Assembly (NCBI GenBank): GCA_041687695.1
Contig: JAWLBL010000023.1
Span: 51,937-115,936 of the forward strand
DNA length: 64,000 bases
Direction: 5' to 3'
Source: Myxococcota bacterium
GTDB lineage: Bacteria > Myxococcota_A > UBA9042 > PHBI01 > JAWLBL01
The notes below the pieces were generated by a model. The model ran no database searches. It was not told where the DNA came from and saw only the letters and a program-made list of their open reading frames with translations. Positions 31,431-45,187 of this stretch are shown here, piece by piece. Numbering within the stretch: position 1 is the stretch's first letter; every line of letters starts with the position of its first letter. The translations under genes were made by a program, and so were the position numbers.

Positions 31431-33568
31431 TTCACGGCCTCCAGCTCGTCGATGTCGTCGGTGACGCGCACGATCTTACCCAGCTTCTCGCACTCGAGGC
31501 GCGCCGCGCGCCGCAGATCGCGCATCGTGATGCCGCCCTCGCGTTCGGCCGCGAAGAAGGCCGCGCGCACGGCCGCGTTCTTGATGTGGCCGCCGGACAG
31601 GTCGTAGTCGAACGCCATGATCTCGAAGTTCAGCGGCTCGTCCGTGCGCGCCTTGTCGGGGACCATCCGCTGCCACAGCTCGGTGCGCGTGTCGAGGTCC
31701 GGCGCCGGGAAGCTGACGCGGAACTTGATGCGCCGCCGGAAGGCGTCGTCCAGGCTGCCCTCGAGGTTGGTCGTCAGGATGGTGACGCCGTCGTAGTCCT
31801 CCATGCGCTGCAGGAGGTAGTTGACCTCGAGGTTCGCGTAGCGATCGATGCTGCTCTGCACACTCGTGCGCTTGGCGAACAGGCTGTCGGCCTCGTCGAA
31901 CAGCAGCACCGACTGGCTCTTGCTGGCCTCGTCGAAGATGCGCCCCAGGTTCTTCTCCGTCTCGCCGATGTACTTGGACACCGTGCGGGACAGGTCGACC
32001 CGGAAGACCTCCATCCCCAGCTCGCCGGCCACGATGCCGGCGGCCATCGTCTTGCCCGTGCCCGGCGGCCCCGCGAACAGCGCCGACAGCCCGCGCCCAT
32101 AGGGCAGCAGACGCCCGTAGCCCCAGTCGTCGAACACGACGCGCCGGTTCTTCCAGAAGGCGACGATCTCCTGCAGCGCCTCGCGCGACTCGCGCGGCAG
32201 GATGAGGTCCTCCCACGTGAAGGTCGTCACGATGCGCGTCGCGATGCCAGACAGCCGCGGCGTCAGCTGCGCGCGGCACGCCTCGGTCACGTCGCCCAGC
32301 TGCACCGGGCGCGGCTCGTCGGCGCTGCGCGTCCGCGCCACCGCCGCCTGCACCGCCCGCGCGATGGCCCCGCCCGACAGCGGGTAGCGCACCGCCCCCT
32401 CGAGCACCACCGGGTTGACGTTGCGGATGTTGAACCCGGCGAACCCGCCTCGCCACAGCTTGACCCGCTCGCGCTTGCTGGGCAGCGGCAGGTGGTGCAC
32501 GACCGCCTGGTCCAACAGGCTCACGAACCACGACGCCTGGTCCCGCGCCGTCACGACCACCCCGTGCGGGTGCTCGTCCAGCAGCTGCGCCAGCCGCCGG
32601 TACGGCCCGCCGACCAGTTGGTCGCTGGCCTCGGCGTCGGCCAGGTCGACCACCAGCGGCACCCGCAGCAGCCGCGCGTCCCGCCGCAGCACCTCCATGC
32701 GCCGCTCGGCCCCGGCCAGCGGCTGCACCAGCGCCGCCGCGTCCACCTCGAGCACCCGCCCCAGGTGCTGCCGCGCCAGCGTCGTCTTTCCGGTCCCCGC
32801 CGGCCCGATCAGCACCACCGCCGTCGCGACCTCGTCCCGCCCCAGCCGCTCCAAGCTCGCCGCGATGGGCGCCGCCACCTCGGCGGCCATCACCAGCGGC
32901 TTGTTCCCCTCCCTGGGCGCCGCCAGACGCGCGCACATCGCCAGCGCCGGGTCCAGGTCCTCGCCCCCGATGCACCACGCCGCCACGCTGGGCGCCAGCC
33001 GCACCTCGCGCGCCAGGAACGGCTCGGTCGGCGTCTCGCCGTCACCCAGCTCGATCAGCCGCCGCGCGATGAGCGCCGAGTCCCGAAAGAACGCCGGCGC
33101 GTTCACCAGCCGCCCCATCGCGCTCGGCTGCAGGAGCCCCAGCAGGAACTCCATGGTCGGCCAACGCCGGCTCAGGTCGTTCCACGCGTACATGTACAGG
33201 CGCCGGATCGACTCGTCGACCTCGCCCGCCAGCGCCAGCACCAGCAGCTGCCGCGACAGATCGTCCAGTTCGAACGCCTCGATGAGCCGAAACAGCGGCA
33301 TTGGCCGACCCGCGCGCTCGCTCGCCACCAGCCGGTCGTCGATGCGCTGCCGCACCAGATCCGCCTCGCCAGGGCCGCGCGGCCGCTGCGCCTCGTCCAC
33401 CAGCAGCCGGGATGCCTCCTCGCCGCTCATCGCGAACGCGCGCACCAGCCCCTTCGCGTCCGGGTCGGGCAGCCGGTCCGTCGCCGCCAGAAAGCCCCGC
33501 ACGACCGCGCGCGCCCACGCGATCTCGTCCAGGATGTGCTCGGCCGGGTGCTCGTACGCCGTCGTCAT
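31427..33568 (-). CDS. AAA+ ATPase, Afp15/Pvc15 (eCIS-type) family
   Basis: 713 aa from ATG 33568; N-terminal LLVLALAGEVD...YAWND...PT region; degenerate first AAA (GPAGTGKT); second AAA with GPPGTGKT, VSKYIGETEKNL, LLFDEAD, DRYANLEVNYLLQRME, DDAFRRR. Confidence 0.85.
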   Translation of the reverse strand: MTTAYEHPAEHILDEIAWARAVVRGFLAATDRLPDPDAKGLVRAFAMSGEEASRLLVDEAQRPRGPGEADLVRQRIDDRLVASERAGRPMPLFRLIEAFELDDLSRQLLVLALAGEVDESIRRLYMYAWNDLSRRWPTMEFLLGLLQPSAMGRLVNAPAFFRDSALIARRLIELGDGETPTEPFLAREVRLAPSVAAWCIGGEDLDPALAMCARLAAPREGNKPLVMAAEVAAPIAASLERLGRDEVATAVVLIGPAGTGKTTLARQHLGRVLEVDAAALVQPLAGAERRMEVLRRDARLLRVPLVVDLADAEASDQLVGGPYRRLAQLLDEHPHGVVVTARDQASWFVSLLDQAVVHHLPLPSKRERVKLWRGGFAGFNIRNVNPVVLEGAVRYPLSGGAIARAVQAAVARTRSADEPRPVQLGDVTEACRAQLTPRLSGIATRIVTTFTWEDLILPRESREALQEIVAFWKNRRVVFDDWGYGRLLPYGRGLSALFAGPPGTGKTMAAGIVAGELGMEVFRVDLSRTVSKYIGETEKNLGRIFDEASKSQSVLLFDEADSLFAKRTSVQSSIDRYANLEVNYLLQRMEDYDGVTILTTNLEGSLDDAFRRRIKFRVSFPAPDLDTRTELWQRMVPDKARTDEPLNFEIMAFDYDLSGGHIKNAAVRAAFFAAEREGGITMRDLRRAARLECEKLGKIVRVTDDIDELEAVK

Positions 33569-34668
33569 ACGCCCTGCTCGGCCTGAGCCGCCGCATACTT
33601 CGCCAGCGCCACGTCGTCCTCGACCAGCCGCCGGAACGCCAGCCGCAGCAGCCCGATCCGGCTCGCCCGCTCGCCCGCGTCCAGCGCGTCCGCCACGACC
33701 AGCAGCCCGCGCGCCGTCTCCTCGTCCCCCCGCGCCCACGCGCAGTCGGCCGTCAGCGCGTTCAGCCGCGCCACCCGCTCGCGCACCCCGGCCTGCCCCA
33801 GCCATCGGTCCGCGTGCCGGTCCGCCAGCGCATACAGCGCCTCGCGCCCCGGCGCCTCGCCGCCGACCTGCATCATCCCGACGGCCTCGCTCACCACCGC
33901 CTCGATGACCCGCCCCGGCGGCACGTGCGGCCCCGCCCCCGGCGCGTTGATGAGCCCCTCGGTCGCCTCCAGCGCCGCCGCCTCGGGCCGCCCGCCGCGC
34001 CACTGCAGCCCACGCCGCGCCGACGCCCGCTCGGGGTCCCCCCCGGCCGCCGCCGCCGCCTCACGCCACAGCACCACGTCCGTCCACTCCTGCGGGAAGC
34101 GCCCGCCGCCGCGCCGCACCTCGTCCGCCAGCCCGTCCAGCAGCCGCGCCGCGAGGTCCAGCCCGCACAAAAACGGCAGCCCCGGCGTGTCGCTCGCCGC
34201 CAGCCCCGCCACCAGCTTGCTCAGCCGCGCCGTCGACGTCGGCGGCAGCCGCTCGATGACCTGCAGCTCCGCCTGCTCCTCGGTCCGCACCTCGACCGCG
34301 TGCGCCGTGGGCAGCGACCCCAGGATGAACCACATCCGCCCATAGGTCCCCGGCGGCAGCGTCAACGCCGCCCGCTCGAGATCGGTGGCCGCCTCGGGCA
34401 TCGGCACCACCGCCCGCCGCCCGGAGCCCGTCCGCGGCACGCCCGCCGACTCCAGCTTGTAGGCCGCCTTGCGCGCCGCCTTGCGCACCGCGCGCGCGAG
34501 ATCGCTGTCACCCAGCGCCTCCAGGTGGTCTCGCCGCCGCTCGCTCAGCAGCCGGTCCACCAGCGCCAGCAGCTCGGCCTCCGCGACCCCCCGCAGCGCC
34601 CGTGCCGCCTCGACGCTGGCCTCACCCGCCACGAACCGCCCGACCGCCGACTCCACCACCTCGCTCAT
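33565..34668 (-). CDS. Hypothetical protein
   Basis: 367 aa; VRKAARKAAYKLESAGV helix; ATGA overlaps on both sides. Confidence 0.7.
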   Translation of the reverse strand: MSEVVESAVGRFVAGEASVEAARALRGVAEAELLALVDRLLSERRRDHLEALGDSDLARAVRKAARKAAYKLESAGVPRTGSGRRAVVPMPEAATDLERAALTLPPGTYGRMWFILGSLPTAHAVEVRTEEQAELQVIERLPPTSTARLSKLVAGLAASDTPGLPFLCGLDLAARLLDGLADEVRRGGGRFPQEWTDVVLWREAAAAAGGDPERASARRGLQWRGGRPEAAALEATEGLINAPGAGPHVPPGRVIEAVVSEAVGMMQVGGEAPGREALYALADRHADRWLGQAGVRERVARLNALTADCAWARGDEETARGLLVVADALDAGERASRIGLLRLAFRRLVEDDVALAKYAAAQAEQGV

Positions 34669-35078
34669 CCCTCCGCTCCCGGCTCCGGCGGCGCGAACAG
34701 GTCCCCCAGCAGCTCCGACAGGTCCACCTTCACCGGCGCCCCCGGCGGCCGCGCCACCTCGGCCCCGCCCGCCGGCTCGTCCCGCACGATCGCTGCCGCG
34801 ATGCCCTGCAGCATATGCATCAGCAGCGGCCCGCCGTGCCGCTGCAGGAACGCCCCGTCCACCTTCAGGTCGCCCCCCTCCGCCGGCATCAGCGCGTTGG
34901 CCTCGAGGTACCCGGTGAACAGCCGCATCACCTCGGCCTCGACCTCGGCGTCCGCCTCGCCCGGCGCGGGCAGCACCCCCGCCAGCCCGTACTGCGCGTC
35001 GATCTCGCGCAGCGCCTTGGCCAGCCCCTCGTCGATGGCCTGCCCCAGCTCGGCCAGCCCGGCCTCGTCCGCTTCCAT
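34665..35078 (-). CDS. Hypothetical acidic protein
   Basis: 137 aa from ATG 35078 with GGAGGGG RBS; ATGA overlap with the downstream gene. Confidence 0.65.
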   Translation of the reverse strand: MEADEAGLAELGQAIDEGLAKALREIDAQYGLAGVLPAPGEADAEVEAEVMRLFTGYLEANALMPAEGGDLKVDGAFLQRHGGPLLMHMLQGIAAAIVRDEPAGGAEVARPPGAPVKVDLSELLGDLFAPPEPGAEG

Positions 35079-35189
35079 CTCGCCCCCTCCGCTCGCGCGG
35101 AGCTTACGACCTCGCGCACCCACGGTCCAGCCGCCCGCCGGCTCGCCTTCCGCCTTGCGCCCCGAAGCAAACCCCGCTCCACTCCTGCC

Positions 35190-39638
<4,449 letters not shown>

Positions 39639-39713
39639 TCGATGGCGACCGGCTCACTGCGTGGGTTGACAGCCAACCAAGCGCGGGCTACCCCGGAATC
39701 AGGGAGCGCTGAC

Positions 39714-40235
39714 ATGCTAGAGGACGGCCTCGAACTCAGCCTGGTTCTGCCCACCGATCCAGGCATCGACACCTTTCATTGCGGCGCCGAAGAGGTCGAC
39801 GACTACTTCAAGAAGCGCGAATGGTTCCGAATCGACCGGTACTCGCCTCCGACCTACTGCCTCCGTGATTCCGAAGGACAGATGGTCGGCCTCGTGTCGC
39901 TCGGCTTTCGAAAGTGCGGTCTCGAACGCGACACCCAGAGCGCTCAGGAGCGGTTTCTGGTGGTGTATGCGGTGGGAATCGATACGCGATTCCAGGGGTC
40001 GCCCAATCCCTCGGGGCGCGGCTCGACCTACGCGGTCACGCTGTTCCGACTGATCGAGCGCGTGGCCCTGGATGCGAAGACCTGCGTCGGTCTGTACCTG
40101 TGGGTGCGTTCCGACAATGACCGCGCCGTGCGCTTCTACACGAAGCTCGGCTTCACAGCGGACCCCGGTGGGCCTGTGTCACGTGACGAGGGGGCGCAGC
40201 ACCTCACGATGCGCAAGCTGCTGCGAACGCGCTGA
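39714..40235 (+). CDS. GNAT acetyltransferase, TacT/AtaT-like toxin type
   Basis: 173 aa; FHCG...VDDY N-terminus; VGIDTRFQG; NDRAVRFYTKLGF; TTGACA at 39666; lower GC. Confidence 0.75.
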   Translation: MLEDGLELSLVLPTDPGIDTFHCGAEEVDDYFKKREWFRIDRYSPPTYCLRDSEGQMVGLVSLGFRKCGLERDTQSAQERFLVVYAVGIDTRFQGSPNPSGRGSTYAVTLFRLIERVALDAKTCVGLYLWVRSDNDRAVRFYTKLGFTADPGGPVSRDEGAQHLTMRKLLRTR

Positions 40236-40286
40236 TGGCCTCGAACCTAGCCTGCATTTCTCGAAATGCAGGCTAGCCGCTTCACG

Positions 40287-40643
40287 TCAGAGCAACGGCA
40301 GCGAGCTTGCGTCGTCCTCATCGTCCTCGCCCGGCGCGATTCCTCCAGAACGATTCGCAGTCTCCAGCAGCTCCATACGCTGCTTGACGGCCAGGACGGC
40401 TTCGAGCGGGAACCGCCAATGGCCACCGCGGGTTTGATAGGCTCCCGGGAAGTGTCCCCCCTGAAGCCAGTTCTTGACCGTATTGGGCGACGCCACACCG
40501 AGGAGCTTGGCAGCCTGCGAACTCGTAAGGACCTGCCCCCTCTGTTTCAGGTGTCGCGTCAATGACTCCGCGAGATCACGGCGCCCCGCGTTGACGAGGG
40601 TCGCGTTGACCTCTTCCAGGAGTTGCTGGGGGAGTGCCGTCAT
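40287..40643 (-). CDS. HTH_17/BldC-like (excisionase-type) DNA-binding protein
   Basis: 118 aa; LTSSQAAKLLGV...TVKNW...TRGGHWRF; acidic tail. Confidence 0.85.
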   Translation of the reverse strand: MTALPQQLLEEVNATLVNAGRRDLAESLTRHLKQRGQVLTSSQAAKLLGVASPNTVKNWLQGGHFPGAYQTRGGHWRFPLEAVLAVKQRMELLETANRSGGIAPGEDDEDDASSLPLL

Positions 40644-40688
40644 CTGAGTCTCCTGAGATCATGGCGCAGCCTCGCCAGGTCGTCTCGA

Positions 40689-40717
40689 ATGCTAAGCGCA
40701 ATCGTCAAAACCGTCAA
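40689..40717 (-). promoter_or_regulatory. Sigma70-like promoter with 9-bp direct repeat
   Basis: Minus strand TTGACG-17 bp-TAGCAT; TTGACGGTT/TTGACGATT tandem overlaps the -35 element. Confidence 0.65.
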
Positions 40718-40796
40718 CGGCGTGGTGGATGGCGATGGTCCTGCGCCGTTGCAGGTCGATTGGACTGGGGGCGGATTGGGGCGAAGTCGAACGACC

Positions 40797-41702
40797 CTAC
40801 AGCGGCCCCAGCTCGGCGCCGAGGTAGCCCAGGTAGCGCTCGACGACGGCGCCCGGGTCGCGCCCCAGGGCGGGGATGTCCAGGTGCGACGGGAACTCGC
40901 CCAGCGTCTGCACGAGCTGCAGCGCCGTGGTCAGCCGGATGGCCTCGTCGTCGATGGGCTCGCCGTAGCCCGCCGCCATCGCGGCCCACAGCGCGTCGAA
41001 GCCGCCCACGGCGCGCTGGTGCACGCGGGGCGTCGCCAGGTCGAGCAGAGGCGGGCCGAAGACGCTGTCGTCGAAGTCCAGGCAGCGCCACCCGCTGGCG
41101 GTGACCAGCACGTTGCCGACGTGGAGGTCGGCGTGCACGAAGGCTGGCGCGCCCAGCGGGCAACCCGCGAGGCGGCGCACCAGGCGGTCGACGCCGCGCC
41201 CCAGGCGGGCGTGCTGCTCGGCGCCGACGAAGCTCGCGTCGGACAGGGCGCCGAGCGTGGCCGTGACGATCGACTCGGGGGTGGTCCGCGGACGATCGTG
41301 TCCGGGCCAGTCGGCCATCACGGCGGCCTCCACGCGACGCACGGCCCGCCGGAGCCCGCCGATGAGCCGCCCCAGCTCGAAGGCGTGCGCCGGGTCCCGC
41401 GGGTCGGGGTGCGCGCCCTCCACCCACTCCATCGCCACGGCCCAGCGCGGCCCCGCGGGCGACTCCACCGTCGCGACCAGCGCGCCGCCGACCGTCCGCA
41501 GCGGTCGCGCGGTCGGCACCTCGTCGGCCAGCGCCTCGACCCACGCCCACTCGGCCTCGATCTCGCCTAGCGTCCGCCGCCCCGGCCGATACAGCCGCAC
41601 CGCCCGCGGCCCCTCGGGCGCCTCGACCCGCCACGTGACGTTCTCGCCCTCGTGGACCACGCGCGCCACGCTCTCGGCCGGCCAGCCCCAGACCTCGTTC
41701 AC
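40797..41702 (-). CDS. APH/SrkA-like phosphotransferase
   Basis: 301 aa from GTG overlapping the upstream TGA; GENVTW, HADLHVGNVL, LDFDDS. Confidence 0.85.
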   Translation of the reverse strand: MNEVWGWPAESVARVVHEGENVTWRVEAPEGPRAVRLYRPGRRTLGEIEAEWAWVEALADEVPTARPLRTVGGALVATVESPAGPRWAVAMEWVEGAHPDPRDPAHAFELGRLIGGLRRAVRRVEAAVMADWPGHDRPRTTPESIVTATLGALSDASFVGAEQHARLGRGVDRLVRRLAGCPLGAPAFVHADLHVGNVLVTASGWRCLDFDDSVFGPPLLDLATPRVHQRAVGGFDALWAAMAAGYGEPIDDEAIRLTTALQLVQTLGEFPSHLDIPALGRDPGAVVERYLGYLGAELGPL

Positions 41703-44700
41703 GCCGCCTCCGCGCGGCCGGCCACCTTCGCCAACACCCCCTCGACGAACGCCGCCGCCGCCGGCGCCCCGAACGGCGCCTCGGCCGCCCCCCGATGCAC
41801 CGCCAGCGCCCGCTCCACGATGTCGGCCGCCGCCAAGGCCGGCCGCGGGTCCACGAAGCCGGCCTCCTCGAGGTGGGCCTGCAGCTGCTGCGCCGACGCC
41901 GACCGGAAGCGGGGTAGGGCGGCGACCTGCGCGCAGAAGGCCGCCGCGTCCTGGCCGTGCTCGTCCAGCAGCGCCCGCACGCGCTCTTCGAACGCCCCGC
42001 TCACCGCGCCGCTCGCCTGCACGTCCTCCCAGGTCACCGCTCGCCCGCGCCCGACCCGCAGCCCGTCCAGGCACGCTTCCAGCAGCCGCGCCCTCGCCTC
42101 GACCCGCGCCACCGCCTCGGCCGCCATCCCCAACGCGTCCGGCGCCGCGCGCATCGCCTCGCGCCACGGCCCCAGCCGCTCGACCCCACGCTGCACGCAC
42201 CGATGCAGCGCCGGCAGGTCGTCGTACAGCACGTGGATGAGGTGCCAGTCCGCCGCCGGCGCCCGCCAGTCCGGCGCCTCGATCCCCAGCCGCCGCGCGT
42301 AGGCGTCCACGTCGTCGCCGTCCTCGGGTGCGGGCACCTCGCGCGCCGGCGCCGGCGCCACCTTCAGCCCCTGGCCCCACGCCGCCCCGCGCCCCGTCCG
42401 CAGCGCCAGATCCACCACGTGCGGCCGCGCGTGCCCCAGCGCCTCGCACGCGGCCACCCACTGCGCCACCTCGCCCGCGTCCGCCGTGAAGTACAGGATC
42501 TGCCGCCCCGCGCCCGCCAGCTGCAGCAGCGCCCCGGCCACCGCCAGAAACCGCGCCTCGTCGGTCGTCGACAGCAGCTCGTCCAGGCAAAGCGGCAGCG
42601 GCCCGCTGGCCGCCTCCTGCGCCTCGACCGCCGCCAGCCGCGCCGCCAGCAGCAGCTGCACCCGCGTCGCGTCCGACAGCTGCGCCAGCTCGCGCGCCTG
42701 CCCGCTGCGCGTCTCCACCGCCAGGAACCGCCCCCCGTCGCTGGCCGTGTCCACCTCGAGCCGCCACCCGTGCTGCGTGAACGCCCCGAACCACGCCCGC
42801 GCCCGCGCCAGCACCCGCGGCGCGCCCTCCGCCCCCTGCGCGTCCCGCGCCTCCTCCAGCACCAGCCGCGCCAGCGCGCCCGACAGCCGCTCGTCCCGCG
42901 CCTGCCGCAGCCCGGCCTCGGCCTCCGCCAGCTCCGCCCGCGCGTCCTCCAGCGCCCGCCCGCGCGTCGCCGCCTCGACCTGCGCCTCGATCTCGGCCAC
43001 CCGCCCCACCAGCGCCTCGTACTCGCCCGCCTCGCGCTCCAGCGCCGCCGCCCACGCCTCGGCCTCGGCCTCGCTCATCCCCAGCGGGTCCGCCGGCGCC
43101 CCGCGCCCCTCGGCCAGCCGCCCGACCTCGGTCTCCAGCCGCCCGACCTGCCCCCGGCACGCCTCCACCTCGGCCAGCAGCCGCCGCCGCCGCTCGCCCG
43201 CCGCCACCAGCGCCTCGAGCCCCGCCCGGTCCCCCGCCTCGAGCCCCGCCCGCTCCCACACCGCCGCCAGCGCCTTCGCCCCGTCGATGGACCGCCGCCG
43301 ACTCGCCAGCCGCCGCTGCTCCAGCTCGTCCCGCTGCGCCCGCAGCCCCTTGAACGCCCCGGCCCGCTCGCGCACGGCCGCCACGTCGCCCGCCAGGTCC
43401 TCGTCCCGCTCCGACGCGGCCACCCCCAGCTCGCCCAGCCACGCCCGCAGCGCCCCCGCCGCCTCGCCGACCTGCGCCGACAGCGCCTCGACCCGCGCCC
43501 GCGCCGCCGCCCGCTCACCCCGCGCCTCGAGCCACCGCGCCACCGCCCGCGCCTGCGCCGCCACCGTCGCCCCGGCCAGCCGCTCGCTCAACCCCACGGC
43601 CCGCACCCGCGCCGCCAGCTGCGCCTCGAAGTGCTGCACCTCGCGCTCGGCCGCCGCCGCCGCCCGCTCAGCCTCGGCCCCGCGCGTCCGCACCACGTCC
43701 TGCTCGCGCAGCCGGTCCAGCCGCCGCTCCAGCTCGCGCAGCCGCCCGGTCGCCGGCTCCACCTCCCACGCCTCGGGCGCGCACCCGACCCGCCGCGCCT
43801 CGTCGGCGAAGGTCGTCCGCCCGTCCTCTGGCGGCCGCCACAGCGCGACGGCCACCAGCAGCGCCACGCCCGCCCCGGCCGCCAACCCGCCGAGCAGCGC
43901 CAGCACCACCGAGGCCGCCACGATCCCCAGCAGCGACAGCGCCGCGCCGCCCCCGACCAGCGCCCCCGGCAGCCACTCGGGCCCCGGCACGGGCCGCCGC
44001 GTCTCGGGCGCTGGCGTCCGCAGCCACCCGCGCAGCGCCTCGACCCCCGCGCGCAGCGCCGCCTCGTCGACCTGCTCGCCCTGCTCGGCCACGCTCGCCC
44101 AGGCCTCGGCGACCCGCCGGCAGGCCTCGCGCTGGCCCTGCCGCGCCCGCATCGCCTGCAGCTCGGCCTCCAGCGCGTCCAGCGCGCCCTCCGTCAGCCC
44201 GCTCCCGACCTCCGGGCCCAGCGCTGAGGCGGCCGCCTCGGGTGCCCACACGTCGCCTCGCGCGCTCCGCTCGCGCGCCTCGGCCTCGACCAGCCGCTCG
44301 CGCGCCACCCGCAGGTCGCGCAGGTCCTCGCCCAGCTCGCCGGCCAGCGCCCCCCAGCGGCGCAGATCGTCGTCCGCGGGCGGCGCCCGCAGAAACCGCA
44401 GCCGCCCCAGCGCCATCGCGTTGCGCTCCAGCGTCCGCCCGACCTCGGCCAGCTCCTCCTGGGCCTTGCCGGCCTCGACCTCGAGCTCCTCGAGCCGCTC
44501 CAGCTCGCCGCCCGTCAGCCGCTCGGCCGCCTCGGGCAGGCCGCTCAGCGCCGCCTCCAGCCCGGCCAGCGCCGTCCGCGCCCGCGCCAGATCCAGCGCC
44601 TGCTCGGCCAGCCGCCGCGCGCGCCTCGCCTCGTCGGCCGCGTCCCGCTGGCGCCGCAGCGCCGTCAGCGTCTCCTCCAGCCCGGCCAGCTCCTCCTGCG

Positions 44701-45187
44701 CGGCCTCGGCCTCGCCGAGCTTCCGCCGCGCCTCGGCGCGCTGCCGCGTCCACCCGCCCGGCGGCTGCGTCGACCCGTTGAACCGCCCCAGCGCCGCCTC
44801 GAGATCGAAGCCGCCCGCCAGCTCGACGGCGAGCTGCCGCGCGATGGCCTCGTCGGCCCGCCCCGGCCTCAGCAGATCGACCAGCCCCAGCGCGTACTGC
44901 GACGCCGCCTCGGCCGGCGGCAGCGTCGGCCGCCCCGGCTCCCATTGCACGCGCCCGTGGGCCAGCGCCGCCCGCACCTGGCGCCCGCCGGCCTCGAAGG
45001 TCGCCGCCGCCATCGTCCGCCCGTCGCCCGCCGCCTCCCACAGCAGCGCCCGCACCGCCCGGCTCAGCGTCGACTTGCCGGACGCGTTGGGACCCACCAG
45101 CACGTTCAGCCCCGGCGCCAGGGTCAGCCTGGGCAGCCCGCCCGGCAGCCCGGGCGCCTCACGCAGCGTCAGCTCGCGCAGCCGCAT
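41699..45187 (-). CDS. YhaN/SbcC-like coiled-coil ABC ATPase
   Basis: 1162 aa from ATG 45187; GPNASGKST; long coiled coil with central hydrophobic hairpin; QLSDATRVQ, LCLDELLSTTD, YFT. Confidence 0.85.
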   Translation of the reverse strand: MRLRELTLREAPGLPGGLPRLTLAPGLNVLVGPNASGKSTLSRAVRALLWEAAGDGRTMAAATFEAGGRQVRAALAHGRVQWEPGRPTLPPAEAASQYALGLVDLLRPGRADEAIARQLAVELAGGFDLEAALGRFNGSTQPPGGWTRQRAEARRKLGEAEAAQEELAGLEETLTALRRQRDAADEARRARRLAEQALDLARARTALAGLEAALSGLPEAAERLTGGELERLEELEVEAGKAQEELAEVGRTLERNAMALGRLRFLRAPPADDDLRRWGALAGELGEDLRDLRVARERLVEAEARERSARGDVWAPEAAASALGPEVGSGLTEGALDALEAELQAMRARQGQREACRRVAEAWASVAEQGEQVDEAALRAGVEALRGWLRTPAPETRRPVPGPEWLPGALVGGGAALSLLGIVAASVVLALLGGLAAGAGVALLVAVALWRPPEDGRTTFADEARRVGCAPEAWEVEPATGRLRELERRLDRLREQDVVRTRGAEAERAAAAAEREVQHFEAQLAARVRAVGLSERLAGATVAAQARAVARWLEARGERAAARARVEALSAQVGEAAGALRAWLGELGVAASERDEDLAGDVAAVRERAGAFKGLRAQRDELEQRRLASRRRSIDGAKALAAVWERAGLEAGDRAGLEALVAAGERRRRLLAEVEACRGQVGRLETEVGRLAEGRGAPADPLGMSEAEAEAWAAALEREAGEYEALVGRVAEIEAQVEAATRGRALEDARAELAEAEAGLRQARDERLSGALARLVLEEARDAQGAEGAPRVLARARAWFGAFTQHGWRLEVDTASDGGRFLAVETRSGQARELAQLSDATRVQLLLAARLAAVEAQEAASGPLPLCLDELLSTTDEARFLAVAGALLQLAGAGRQILYFTADAGEVAQWVAACEALGHARPHVVDLALRTGRGAAWGQGLKVAPAPAREVPAPEDGDDVDAYARRLGIEAPDWRAPAADWHLIHVLYDDLPALHRCVQRGVERLGPWREAMRAAPDALGMAAEAVARVEARARLLEACLDGLRVGRGRAVTWEDVQASGAVSGAFEERVRALLDEHGQDAAAFCAQVAALPRFRSASAQQLQAHLEEAGFVDPRPALAAADIVERALAVHRGAAEAPFGAPAAAAFVEGVLAKVAGRAEAA

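Noticed and set aside
24458..35078. Complete eCIS, T6SS or prophage
   Set aside because: No sheath, tube, baseplate, spike or capsid genes recognised
40287..40643. Prophage or ICE excisionase
   Set aside because: No integrase, att-like repeats or tRNA target nearby
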